Position numbers and translations under genes: made by a program. The notes below the pieces were generated by a model that searched no databases, was not told the origin of the DNA, and was given only the letters and a program-made list of their open reading frames with translations. 64,000 bases of DNA, from contig CALATP010000049.1 in NCBI GenBank assembly GCA_937891845.1, forward strand, positions 26,744 through 90,743. The letters run 5' to 3'. Below, in pieces: positions 10,879 through 19,652 of this stretch. Every line of letters starts with the position of its first letter. Within the stretch, counting starts at the first letter, position 1. The stretch is from an uncultured Porphyromonadaceae bacterium (GTDB taxonomy: Bacteria; Bacteroidota; Bacteroidia; Bacteroidales; Barnesiellaceae_A).

Positions 10879-11349
10879 CTATTTTCGGGAGGTGTCGCTC
10901 ATTAGTTTTTCAAAGAAATCATCCAATTCTTTGTCCATCTTTTCCCAGAAGTCATCTCCTATTACTATGTTATTGTCGTCTATGGTATATATGTCGGCAA
11001 TTGTTTCCATTTGTTGGTCGACCATTACAATTGAGAATGGTGTATTATATTCTAATTCGTTGAATAAGTCGGCCAAATCGGTTGTGGAAATAATTTCTCC
11101 CAAAGTGAGTGCAAAATTGAGCAACACATCATTGTCGTTATTGTCCTCTTTATACTCATCCCACATAGTTAGGGGCATAGAATATAACTTATTGTCTGTG
11201 TCGTCATATATATCGAGTGACGTGCAGTCACCTTCGTTTACTTGTATAAACATATCGTTCATCGAGAGATTGAGCGATTGTGCTTTCATAAGCGACTTGA
11301 CAAATGCTTCTTTGAGCAATACGTATAATGACTCTTGTGTTATTCCCAT
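10879..11349 (-). CDS. Hypothetical highly acidic cytoplasmic protein (156 aa)
   Basis: The ORF has a clean ATG and a TAtcTTTG box 18 nt upstream. It is rich in D/E (DIYDDTDNK, EYKEDNNDND, DDFWEKMDKELDDFFEK) and has no signal peptide. I do not recognise a family. Confidence 0.6.
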   Translation of the reverse strand: MGITQESLYVLLKEAFVKSLMKAQSLNLSMNDMFIQVNEGDCTSLDIYDDTDNKLYSMPLTMWDEYKEDNNDNDVLLNFALTLGEIISTTDLADLFNELEYNTPFSIVMVDQQMETIADIYTIDDNNIVIGDDFWEKMDKELDDFFEKLMSDTSRK

Positions 11350-11366
11350 AGTTATATATTTTGCTT

Positions 11367-11374
11367 CAAAGATA
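11367..11374 (-). promoter_or_regulatory. Candidate -7 box (TAtcTTTG on the minus strand) upstream of the acidic 156-aa ORF
   Basis: The plus strand reads CAAAGATA followed by GTAAATTTTT. This is the same extended context seen upstream of clpP and gyrA. Confidence 0.45.
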
Positions 11375-11496
11375 GTAAATTTTTATCTAATGTGACAAAT
11401 ATATGATACTCATTTTTAAAATAAATAATTTTGTTCTATCTTCGCGTTGTATTTGATTGAAAAAATAGCAGTCTATATATATCCTAATCTCGTGCA

Positions 11497-12558
11497 ATGA
11501 AAGATATTGATTCGGTTTTGATACCACAGGTCGATTGGGTCTCTCCTCTCGTTATCGCCGGCCCTTGTAGTGCTGAGAGTGAAGAGCAAGTAATGACTAC
11601 AGCCCGACAGTTGTCGGATGTGGGCGTAAAGATTTTTCGTGCCGGATTGTGGAAACCACGCACCAAACCTGGATGCTTTGAGGGTGTAGGTCGTGAAGGA
11701 CTTCCTTGGCTCAAGCGTGTTAAAAATGAGCTGGGGATGATGGTTGCTACCGAGGTGGCTACTCCTCAACACGTAGAAGATGCATTGAAATATAATATAG
11801 ATGTGCTATGGGTGGGCGCTCGCACTACTGTCAATCCGTTTTCAATACAGCAAATTGCCGACGTATTACAAGGTGTAGATATTCCTATATTGGTAAAAAA
11901 TCCGGTAAATCCCGATTTGGAGCTGTGGATAGGTGCGATAGAGCGCTTGTATAATGCCGGTTTGCGTCGCATAGGTGTTGTTCACCGTGGTTTTACCTCG
12001 TACGAGCCACATATATACCGCAATATTCCTCAGTGGCATATACCTATCGAGTTGCGTCGCAGGTTGCCAAATATTGCAATTTTGGGCGATCCTAGTCATA
12101 TCGGTGGTAAACGAGAATTGATAGCTCCATTGGCTCAACAGGCTCTTGATCTTGGTTATGATGGACTTATTATAGAGTCACATTGTTGCCCGGATAGTGC
12201 TTTGAGCGATGCATCTCAACAGATTACTCCTTCTCAGTTGCGGGAAATATTACATAGTCTTGTAGTGCGTGATAAAGTGGTGTCGACCGAAGCTCTATCC
12301 GACTTGCGAAGCCGTATAGATGCTATCGATAATGAGATTATGGGGTTGTTGGCCGAGCGTATGAGTATTTCTCGTGAGATAGGTATTTTTAAGAAAGAGA
12401 ATAATATGCCCATATTACAAGCTCAACGATATGATGAAATACTTCATAAGCGAACACAACAAGCCGTAGAACTTGGTATGAGCGCCGATTTTATTAAGCT
12501 GGTATTGCAGGCCATACACGAAGAATCGGTACAGCAACAAGTAAAACTTACACGATAA
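11497..12558 (+). CDS. Bifunctional 3-deoxy-7-phosphoheptulonate (DAHP) synthase / chorismate mutase
   Basis: 353 aa. The N-terminal part is a type I-beta DAHPS/KDO8PS-like barrel (VIAGPCSAESEEQV, GDPSHIGG). The C-terminal ~90 aa is a type II chorismate mutase (LRSRIDAIDNEIMGLLAERMSISREIG). Confidence 0.85.
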   Translation: MKDIDSVLIPQVDWVSPLVIAGPCSAESEEQVMTTARQLSDVGVKIFRAGLWKPRTKPGCFEGVGREGLPWLKRVKNELGMMVATEVATPQHVEDALKYNIDVLWVGARTTVNPFSIQQIADVLQGVDIPILVKNPVNPDLELWIGAIERLYNAGLRRIGVVHRGFTSYEPHIYRNIPQWHIPIELRRRLPNIAILGDPSHIGGKRELIAPLAQQALDLGYDGLIIESHCCPDSALSDASQQITPSQLREILHSLVVRDKVVSTEALSDLRSRIDAIDNEIMGLLAERMSISREIGIFKKENNMPILQAQRYDEILHKRTQQAVELGMSADFIKLVLQAIHEESVQQQVKLTR

Positions 12559-12753
12559 ATCAGTATATATATTCTTATTGTTTGATGGTTGTGATTATAT
12601 TGCAACCCGACAGTTTTTGCACGATATTAAACTAGATGTTTGTGTATAAATATTTATAATAGTAGACCGCACGTTTACTGTTTTTAATAGAACTTTTTGA
12701 TACTATCTGACCTATCAACTAAAAATATACTCTGACCATTTCAATGCGAAGAT

Positions 12754-12787
12754 AAAAAAATCGCCTACGGCATCACGCAGTAGACGA
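12754..12787 (-). terminator. Hairpin plus T7 tract terminating the receptor/270-aa/270-aa transcript
   Basis: The minus strand reads TCGTCTAC-N11-GTAGGCGA followed by TTTTTTT. It lies about 175 nt downstream of the stop at 12963. Confidence 0.55.
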
Positions 12788-12962
12788 CTCCCAAATTAAT
12801 TTATGATGAAAAGGTTATTTATGTGTTTTACACACTGATGCAAATATAATATTTGTTTTAAATACAACCAAACATTTTCGATAAAAATGGCTAATTGATA
12901 GCTACGTATCCTAAATTTGTCGTTAATTCGGTTTCCTGATTTCGTCGGATTTTATATTGTAT

Positions 12963-13775
12963 TCATTCAAATAATGTGTGTGGATTTAGCTCGCTTGGTG
13001 TGTTCCAATCAATGTTGTATTGTTGGCTTAATATCTCTTTTTTACGTTGCCATATCGTGCTTAATGAGTTGAACTTTTGTGGGTCTAGCTCAGCTTCTTT
13101 CGCAACTGTTTCATCTACCTTATCAACAACATTTTCATACTCTAGGGTATATTCGATATTGTCTATAATGATATTGCCAACATAGGGGTTTTCTACTATT
13201 TCCTTTATGAGTTTCTTATCTAAGATTATATCTATTTCTTCGCGGAGAGTATCTAAAATAGAGTTATCTTGAATGAGTGTTGATATGGCAATAATCTCTT
13301 CGGAAATCTCTCGCAAGGCATCTTTATTGATGGGGTTTAATTGTTTGAGAAATCTAAATTCCAAAACATAAAGCTTCAGTATTAAACGATGGTGTGCCCC
13401 ACCGCGCAATACGTAGCACATACGGTCTAATACCGATATAATCATTTGTATCGACTCTTGGTCGTCTACTTCTATATCTTGCAATAAATCGTAAGTGTGC
13501 TGTGCTATTGGGGTTATGAGCCACGGGGTGTTTAGTTGCTGATAAATCTCGGCCAGTAAGCTGTTGCATATAAGAAAGTCTCCAATATTGTCGGAAGGGT
13601 TTTCTTCTTCAAGAACCATATTGCGAATAGCGTTATATACTGTTGCGCTCGATTGATAATATTCGATGGTTTCGGGTGCTATACCTTGTATCAAGTTGAT
13701 GCTCTCCACTATTCGGTCGCTTACCGATTTTGTCTTATCGGCTATAATTATATCTAGTTTTTTCCTTAAAGTCAT
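12963..13775 (-). CDS. Hypothetical protein, 270 aa, acidic and helical, no signal peptide
   Basis: Long ORF starting 12 nt after the upstream gene. I recognise no motif. Confidence 0.6.
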   Translation of the reverse strand: MTLRKKLDIIIADKTKSVSDRIVESINLIQGIAPETIEYYQSSATVYNAIRNMVLEEENPSDNIGDFLICNSLLAEIYQQLNTPWLITPIAQHTYDLLQDIEVDDQESIQMIISVLDRMCYVLRGGAHHRLILKLYVLEFRFLKQLNPINKDALREISEEIIAISTLIQDNSILDTLREEIDIILDKKLIKEIVENPYVGNIIIDNIEYTLEYENVVDKVDETVAKEAELDPQKFNSLSTIWQRKKEILSQQYNIDWNTPSELNPHTLFE

Positions 13776-13787
13776 ATTTATGCGTGA

Positions 13788-14600
13788 TTAATTGTTTTTG
13801 TAAATTTCTATCAATTGATTATAGTATTCTGCTTTTTGATTGTTGTGAGTGATGGTGTATATCTCTTTGAGACGCCCCAAAAGAGCCAAAAGCAAATCTT
13901 TAGTTTTATTATCAGGCGTTTCAATACTCATATATAAATCTATGGCTTGTAAATAACGGTCTATGGCATTATTGATATTTCCAACAGAGAGATATAACTC
14001 GGCAAACTCTGTGAGGATTTGAGCAAATATTGTTGTTATGTTGCAATCTTCTTGCTTGGCTGATGTGTCGAAGGTTTCAATACATTCCTTATAGTACTCT
14101 TCGGCGAGTGTTGTTTGGTCGCACAATGCGTAGGTATTGGCCAGTAGATATTGTGTTATTCCTATTGCATACACACCTGCTTGTGGCTCATTTTCCAGAA
14201 TTTCATACTCGCATTTGAGCTTTTCTTTAAGACGCTCTATCGCCTGAGTCGCATTGTTGGAGCGACGATAAAGGTCTGATGCATAGTAAAGAGAGTTTGA
14301 TAATTTTTGAGCGTATTTAGTCTTGTCGGTATTGACTTGATTGCGACGTATGGTTATGATGGCTTCTTGTAGCTCAATCTCTTTTAAGATGCTTTCCTCT
14401 TTCATAGCACAGATGTTGGCGTATGAAGTGAGGAAGTATACATATTCATTGTCGATAGTTGTCTTTATCTCTTCATTTATTTTGTTGTATGTTCTTTCGC
14501 AAATGGATACTACATCGTTGTATTGTGCATCGGATGCAGATTGAACCGATTGTATAGTTGTTTTATTTTCGAGCCAAAGTTGCAAGTTGTTTGTACTCAT
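13788..14600 (-). CDS. Hypothetical TPR-like helical repeat protein, 270 aa, no signal peptide
   Basis: Starts 10 nt after the receptor gene. Repeated A/Y-rich helical hairpins include AEEYYKECIETF, NNAIDRYLQAIDLY and QKAEYYNQLIEIY. Confidence 0.6.
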   Translation of the reverse strand: MSTNNLQLWLENKTTIQSVQSASDAQYNDVVSICERTYNKINEEIKTTIDNEYVYFLTSYANICAMKEESILKEIELQEAIITIRRNQVNTDKTKYAQKLSNSLYYASDLYRRSNNATQAIERLKEKLKCEYEILENEPQAGVYAIGITQYLLANTYALCDQTTLAEEYYKECIETFDTSAKQEDCNITTIFAQILTEFAELYLSVGNINNAIDRYLQAIDLYMSIETPDNKTKDLLLALLGRLKEIYTITHNNQKAEYYNQLIEIYKNN

Positions 14601-14610
14601 AAAATTTGTA

Positions 14611-17031
14611 TTAGAATTGTATGCTGAATCTTACATTTAATTGTCTGCGTGTGAGCATATTTGGTACTGCGTATTGTACTCCGTTAACATCTGTGACCCA
14701 CGTGTATGAGTTGACATTAGCAAAGTCGAATAGGTTGAATATATCGACTCCAATTGTGGCACCTTTTATATTGCGCCATACGCCATATTTCGACCATTGT
14801 TCTTCGCCACCAATCAAGATATATGTGAGTCCTAGATCGACACGTTTATATGCCGGTGCGCGATAATAACCCTCTGCTCGACCTTTCGATGGAGAACCAT
14901 AGGTGAGGCCGTCAGATATAATGGCGTTGAGACTGATTTTGAACATTGGTAGCTTAGGAACATAATCTTGGAAGAATAGTCCTATACTATAACGCTGATC
15001 GGTAGGACGAGGAACTTTAACTCCGTTTATGATTTCCTCGGTGCGCATCAGAGAGAAACTAAGCCAAGAGTCTGTTCCCGGAACAAATTCACCATAAAAT
15101 TTAAAATCTAGTCCGGCAGCATAACCTTCCGATTCGTTTTTTCCACTATACCACAATTTTACGTTATTTACTTCGTATGGAATAAGGTCGTTGAGTTTTT
15201 TGTAATATGCCTCTAGTGAAACTTTGAAAGGCCGGTCAAATGCTCTAAATACATAATCGCCACCGGCAACAATCTGGATGGATTGTTGTGAGCGTATTTC
15301 GTCGTTAAGATGGACGTAATAATTGTTGTTGCCACTGCTTACAGTGTCGCGGAACTCTTTGTAGAAGGGGGCTTGATAGTATACACCTCCGGCAAGACGG
15401 AATGTGAAGTTGCTATTGGCCTCGGGAATAAATGTGACAGATGCGCGCGGGCTTACGATGCATTCGTTGTTGTAATCCCAATATGATAGTCGTACACCGG
15501 CATTGAAACTAAACAGACCTACATTGGTTCGGAGTTTGTATGTATCTTGCAGATAGGCCGAAATGCGGTTGGTTTCAATTTCGTTTTGCGAAATGATATT
15601 ATATATCATATATATGTTATCACCCACATAAGGCAATGTATAGCCAACAGAATCGCGCATTTCCCATTCTCTCAAATAGTCATATATCTGTTCTCTATTG
15701 TAAGTTACGCCCCAACGAATGTCATTGGCGGCTACGCGATGTGCGCCTTTGAGAGAGGCAGAAACGACATTGGCTTTCAGCCGATTTCGTGCGTGTTCGT
15801 GGTATGTTCCAACACCTAAGTCACCTTTGGCCGGGGCGTTTTCCGATACGTTTTCACTTCCGGCCAATTCGTCTAGCCAATATTGTCCCGATATGTCGTA
15901 TGAAACATACTCGTTAGACCTGAATGCCGATAGTTGGAATGATATTTCGTTGTCTTTTAAGGGCTTGAAGTTGACAGCAAATGAGCCGAAGTAAGTTTCG
16001 AAAATATCTCGTTCCATACCATCGAAATATACGGTGAAATTCTTTGTGTCGTAGGCCGTACCAAAGGATGTAGAACGCTCAAAAGGTGTGAACTGATAGT
16101 TGTTAATGGCAATGTTACCCAAGAGCGCAACTTCCCATTTCTCATCAAACTTGTATGTCATAAAAGTTTGGTAGTCGAAGTATGATGGGTTGTACTCTCC
16201 TTTTGTGTCGAGCGAACTGAGAAGTGTTGAGTTGGTGTGGTAACGAACACCGTGTAATTGTGTGAACTTGCCTGTACTGTGACCGATAGATGCTGTTGCG
16301 CCTAGAAAACTACCGGTTAGTGATATTTCCAAAGCTTCGGGCCGTTTATACTGGATGTCAAGAACCGATGACATCTTGTCACCGTATTCGGCCGAAAAAC
16401 CACCCGACGAAAAAGAAATGGATGAAACCAAGTCGGGGTTGATAACACTCATTCCCTCTTGTTGTCCTGATCGTACCAATAAAGGCCTATATATCTCTAT
16501 ACCATTGATGTATACTATATTTTCATCAAAATTTCCACCGCGAACAGAATATTGAGAACTCAATTCATTATTGGAATTTACTCCCGCAAATGTTGCCAAC
16601 ATTGTTTCTATGCCACCTGTTGTGCTAGGCATTAATTTCATATTGTCGGCACTGATTGATTGCATTGTGCCTTGTTGCTTGCGATAATCAGTTACAACAA
16701 CTTCACCCAACTCGATGGTGTTTTTTTGCAATTGAACATTTAATTGTATTTCACCTTGAGGATTGTTGAGTGGATGTTCTTCGGTCTTATATCCCAAGCA
16801 AGAAAATACTATAACAACAGAATCACCAGCGTTGATTTTCAACTCATACTTTCCTTCCAGATTGGTCATAGTACCGGTTGTTGTACCGGCTACTCTGACC
16901 ATAGCTAGTTCTATGGGTTCATTGTCGGCATCAATAACCATACCCGAGATTTTGGCAATATCTTGAGCCAAAATTGGAAATGTAGTTATGAGAAGAAGTA
17001 AAAATATTGCAATATATCGTCTTGTAATCAT
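14611..17031 (-). CDS. TonB-dependent outer-membrane receptor (CarboxypepD_reg-like N-domain, plug and barrel)
   Basis: Signal peptide MITRRYIAIFLLLLITTFPILAQ. The N-domain is carboxypeptidase-regulatory-like (ISGMVIDADNEPIELAMVRV...TNLEGKYEL). The protein ends in the barrel motif ...VRFSIQF. I prefer the ATG at 17031 to the GTG at 17070 used by the ORF track. Confidence 0.85.
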   Translation of the reverse strand: MITRRYIAIFLLLLITTFPILAQDIAKISGMVIDADNEPIELAMVRVAGTTTGTMTNLEGKYELKINAGDSVVIVFSCLGYKTEEHPLNNPQGEIQLNVQLQKNTIELGEVVVTDYRKQQGTMQSISADNMKLMPSTTGGIETMLATFAGVNSNNELSSQYSVRGGNFDENIVYINGIEIYRPLLVRSGQQEGMSVINPDLVSSISFSSGGFSAEYGDKMSSVLDIQYKRPEALEISLTGSFLGATASIGHSTGKFTQLHGVRYHTNSTLLSSLDTKGEYNPSYFDYQTFMTYKFDEKWEVALLGNIAINNYQFTPFERSTSFGTAYDTKNFTVYFDGMERDIFETYFGSFAVNFKPLKDNEISFQLSAFRSNEYVSYDISGQYWLDELAGSENVSENAPAKGDLGVGTYHEHARNRLKANVVSASLKGAHRVAANDIRWGVTYNREQIYDYLREWEMRDSVGYTLPYVGDNIYMIYNIISQNEIETNRISAYLQDTYKLRTNVGLFSFNAGVRLSYWDYNNECIVSPRASVTFIPEANSNFTFRLAGGVYYQAPFYKEFRDTVSSGNNNYYVHLNDEIRSQQSIQIVAGGDYVFRAFDRPFKVSLEAYYKKLNDLIPYEVNNVKLWYSGKNESEGYAAGLDFKFYGEFVPGTDSWLSFSLMRTEEIINGVKVPRPTDQRYSIGLFFQDYVPKLPMFKISLNAIISDGLTYGSPSKGRAEGYYRAPAYKRVDLGLTYILIGGEEQWSKYGVWRNIKGATIGVDIFNLFDFANVNSYTWVTDVNGVQYAVPNMLTRRQLNVRFSIQF

Positions 17032-17084
17032 CTTTTTTCGATTAAAATAGTGAGGCAAAGTGTATCTCACTACTAGATTAACGG

Positions 17085-17092
17085 CAAAATTA
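17085..17092 (-). promoter_or_regulatory. Candidate -7 box (TAatTTTG on the minus strand) upstream of the TonB-dependent receptor
   Basis: The plus strand reads CAAAATTA, 54 nt upstream of the ATG at 17031. Confidence 0.35.
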
Positions 17093-17145
17093 GGATTTCC
17101 GTATAATTTCGACCAAAAAAATATGCCGGAAAGTCAAAATAATAT

Positions 17146-17153
17146 TATATTTG
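17146..17153 (+). promoter_or_regulatory. Candidate -7 box (TAtaTTTG) upstream of the nitroreductase operon
   Basis: TATATTTG lies 24 nt upstream of the ATG at 17177, in the divergent intergenic region. Confidence 0.45.
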
Positions 17154-17176
17154 CGTGTAATATAATACCGAATTTT

Positions 17177-17701
17177 ATGGAAAACTTTCACGAATTGCTA
17201 TTGAATCGTCGTAGTATACGTAAATATACAGAAGAACCTGTATCGGGTGATGATGTTAAAACTATATTGGAAGCGGGTCTTATGGCACCCTCGTCTAAAC
17301 GTAAAATGCCCTGGCATTTTATTGTTGTAGAAGATAAAGCTATGTTGGCTCAGTTGTCGCAATGCCGTGATGCAGGTGCAGGCCCTATTGCCAATTCGGC
17401 ACTTACTATCATTGTGACAGTAGATATGACATTGAGTGAAGCTTGGGTTGAAGATGGTTCTATTGCTGCTGTTCTTATGCAACTGCAAGCACACGACTTG
17501 GGGTTAGGTAGCTGTTGGATACAACTTCGTAATCGATCATTGGGCGAAGATGCAACCGAGGATGTTGTTAGAGAGATGTTGGATATTCCTGAGCAGATGG
17601 GTATTCTTTGTGCTGTGACAATAGGCCACAAAGACGAGGTGCGTAAGCCTTTTGATGAAGAGAAAATGATGTGGGAGAAAGTGCATATAGCCAAGTGGTA
17701 A
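17177..17701 (+). CDS. Nitroreductase family protein
   Basis: The N-terminus MENFHELLLNRRSIRKYTEEPVS is the classic nitroreductase start. The upstream 39 codons in the ORF track overlap the divergent promoter region. Confidence 0.85.
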   Translation: MENFHELLLNRRSIRKYTEEPVSGDDVKTILEAGLMAPSSKRKMPWHFIVVEDKAMLAQLSQCRDAGAGPIANSALTIIVTVDMTLSEAWVEDGSIAAVLMQLQAHDLGLGSCWIQLRNRSLGEDATEDVVREMLDIPEQMGILCAVTIGHKDEVRKPFDEEKMMWEKVHIAKW

Positions 17702-17711
17702 TTTTTGATAT

Positions 17712-18497
17712 ATGATTCACACAACACGCATCGTTTTTATTGGTGCCGGTAATATGGCCACTCGGTTGGCTATAGCTTTGTATGAATGTGGCTATCCCAT
17801 TGTTCAGGTGTATAGTCGCACTATCCAATCGGCACAGACACTGGCTCAAATGTTGGGAGATGACGTCTCTTATACCAATGACTTGAGCCAAGTGGTCAAT
17901 GATGCACATCTTTATATCTTCTCGTTAAGTGATGCGGCTTTACCCGATGTCGTAAGTAATATGCCTCATAACAACGCTATGTGGGTGCATACAGCCGGAA
18001 GTATGCCTATGGACGTTTTTTCGGGCAAAACGCAGCATTATGGAGTGCTATATCCTATGCAAACTGCTTCAAAAGAACGATCTTTTGACTGGACTGAAGT
18101 ACCCATTTTTATAGAAGCGGCTAGTAGCGACGATTTGAATTTCATTGAGAATATTGCTCGATCCTTGTCCAATCAAGTTGTTTTGAGTTCATCACAACAA
18201 CGTCAAGCCTTGCATTTGGCAGCTGTATTTGCCTGCAACTTCTCAAATCATATGTATGCCATCGCCGAGAAATTGTTGGCCGAACAGGGACTGAAATTTG
18301 ATGTGATGAAATTTCTTATCCGCGAGACCGAGTATAAGGCCGAAAACATTTCGCCTTTAAAGGCACAGACAGGTCCTGCTGTTAGAAATGATGAGAATGT
18401 GATGCATAAGCATTTATCCTTATTACGAGGAACACCCGAGTGTGAATTATATCGTATGATAAGTGAAAGTATTATACAATACAATAGTAATAAATAG
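17712..18497 (+). CDS. Rossmann-fold oxidoreductase-like protein (DUF2520 type)
   Basis: The N-terminal dinucleotide-binding motif is IVFIGAGNMATRLA. At 261 aa and placed upstream of kdsC, it matches the arrangement in many Bacteroidales. Confidence 0.6.
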   Translation: MIHTTRIVFIGAGNMATRLAIALYECGYPIVQVYSRTIQSAQTLAQMLGDDVSYTNDLSQVVNDAHLYIFSLSDAALPDVVSNMPHNNAMWVHTAGSMPMDVFSGKTQHYGVLYPMQTASKERSFDWTEVPIFIEAASSDDLNFIENIARSLSNQVVLSSSQQRQALHLAAVFACNFSNHMYAIAEKLLAEQGLKFDVMKFLIRETEYKAENISPLKAQTGPAVRNDENVMHKHLSLLRGTPECELYRMISESIIQYNSNK

Positions 18498-18515
18498 TTG
18501 AAAATAATTAATACG

Positions 18516-19040
18516 ATGAGTCGCATAGAATATGATTTGTTAAACATAAAAGCATTTGTATTTGATGTTGATGGAGTATTATCGCCCTCGACTATATCGA
18601 TCAATAGTAGTGGACGACCTCAACGAATGGTCAATATTAAAGATGGGTATGCTATACAGCTAGCAAGAAAGTTGAACTATCCGATTGCCATTATAACAGG
18701 AGCCAAAAGTGATGCAATAAAGGCTAGATATTCTACTCTTGGTGTAGAACATATCTATACCAATACCCCATTTAAACTGAACGTTTTGAAAAAATGGGTA
18801 AAAGAGATGAAACTTAACCCTGAACAGGTATTATATATGGGTGATGATATACCCGACTTTGAATGTATGAACTATGTGGGATTACCTTGTTGCCCTTATG
18901 ATGCTGCTATTGATATATGTAATACGGCTAAATATATATCTCCTATATTAGGTGGTAATGGTTGTGCCAGAGATGTTATAGAGCAAGTATTACGCGCGCA
19001 AGGTAATTGGATGCACGATGAGCGGGCGTTTGGTTGGTAA
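18516..19040 (+). CDS. kdsC: 3-deoxy-D-manno-octulosonate 8-phosphate phosphatase (HAD superfamily)
   Basis: HAD motif I FDVDGVLS and GDDIPD near the C-terminus. I prefer the ATG at 18516 to the TTG at 18498. Confidence 0.8.
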   Translation: MSRIEYDLLNIKAFVFDVDGVLSPSTISINSSGRPQRMVNIKDGYAIQLARKLNYPIAIITGAKSDAIKARYSTLGVEHIYTNTPFKLNVLKKWVKEMKLNPEQVLYMGDDIPDFECMNYVGLPCCPYDAAIDICNTAKYISPILGGNGCARDVIEQVLRAQGNWMHDERAFGW

Positions 19041-19051
19041 AATTGTGTCCT

Positions 19052-19633
19052 ATGCTTGAAAATATAAAACACTATAATCTTTTATTGGCAAGTAATTCGC
19101 CTCGCCGACGTGAATTGTTATCGGGTTTGGGTATAAGTTACACTGTTGTAACATTACCCGAAATTGATGAGTCCTACCCTGCTCATTTGAAAGGTGTAGA
19201 AATTCCATCATTTATAGCACAAAAGAAAGCATCGGCATATCAAGAGATGATGTCGGATGACACGATGCTAATAACGGCCGATACAATTGTGTGGCTAGAT
19301 GGTAAAGTGTATGGAAAGCCCCAAGATGTCAACGATGCAAGAAGAATGTTGCAAGAATTGTCGGGACGTACTCACACTGTAATTACCGGTGTGGCTATAA
19401 CTACAAAAGAACGACAAAAGGTATTTGCTGTAGAGTCAAAGGTGACATTCGCCAAACTCGATGAGGATGAAATTGATTATTACGTGAGTGAATACAAGCC
19501 TATGGACAAAGCCGGAGCTTATGGTATTCAAGAATGGATTGGTTATATAGGAGTTACATCGTTGGAAGGCAGCTATTTCAATGTAATGGGACTACCCATC
19601 CAACGACTATATAACGAGTTGAAACAGTGGTAA
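19052..19633 (+). CDS. maf: Maf-like nucleoside triphosphate pyrophosphatase
   Basis: LASNSPRRRELL near the N-terminus and GAYGIQE near the C-terminus. I prefer the ATG at 19052 to the TTG at 19034. Confidence 0.88.
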   Translation: MLENIKHYNLLLASNSPRRRELLSGLGISYTVVTLPEIDESYPAHLKGVEIPSFIAQKKASAYQEMMSDDTMLITADTIVWLDGKVYGKPQDVNDARRMLQELSGRTHTVITGVAITTKERQKVFAVESKVTFAKLDEDEIDYYVSEYKPMDKAGAYGIQEWIGYIGVTSLEGSYFNVMGLPIQRLYNELKQW

Positions 19634-19652
19634 CTTCCAATAATAAATAATA

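Noticed and set aside
10790-11395. 201-aa plus-strand ORF, longer than the 156-aa minus-strand ORF it overlaps
   Set aside because: Its product is low-complexity and rich in S, L and I. That is the expected mirror image of the D/E-rich minus-strand gene. It has a non-ATG start, and its 5' end runs through the tig promoter region. The minus-strand gene has an ATG and a -7 box.
12963-14600. Idea that the two adjacent 270-aa ORFs are tandem duplicates (two more ORFs in the window, 30817..31629 and 52080..52892, are also exactly 270 aa)
   Set aside because: A by-eye comparison of the two sequences shows no shared motifs or colinear similarity. The other two 270-aa proteins belong to unrelated, recognisable families (patatin, acyltransferase). 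The equal lengths appear coincidental.
17060-17176. N-terminal extensions in the ORF track (17060, 21811, 23878, 30770, 54977, plus the TTG/GTG starts at 18498, 19034, 31635, 61484 and 17070)
   Set aside because: The extensions are AT-rich, low-complexity sequence overlapping promoter boxes or neighbouring genes. Internal ATGs give N-termini that match the conserved starts of the respective families.
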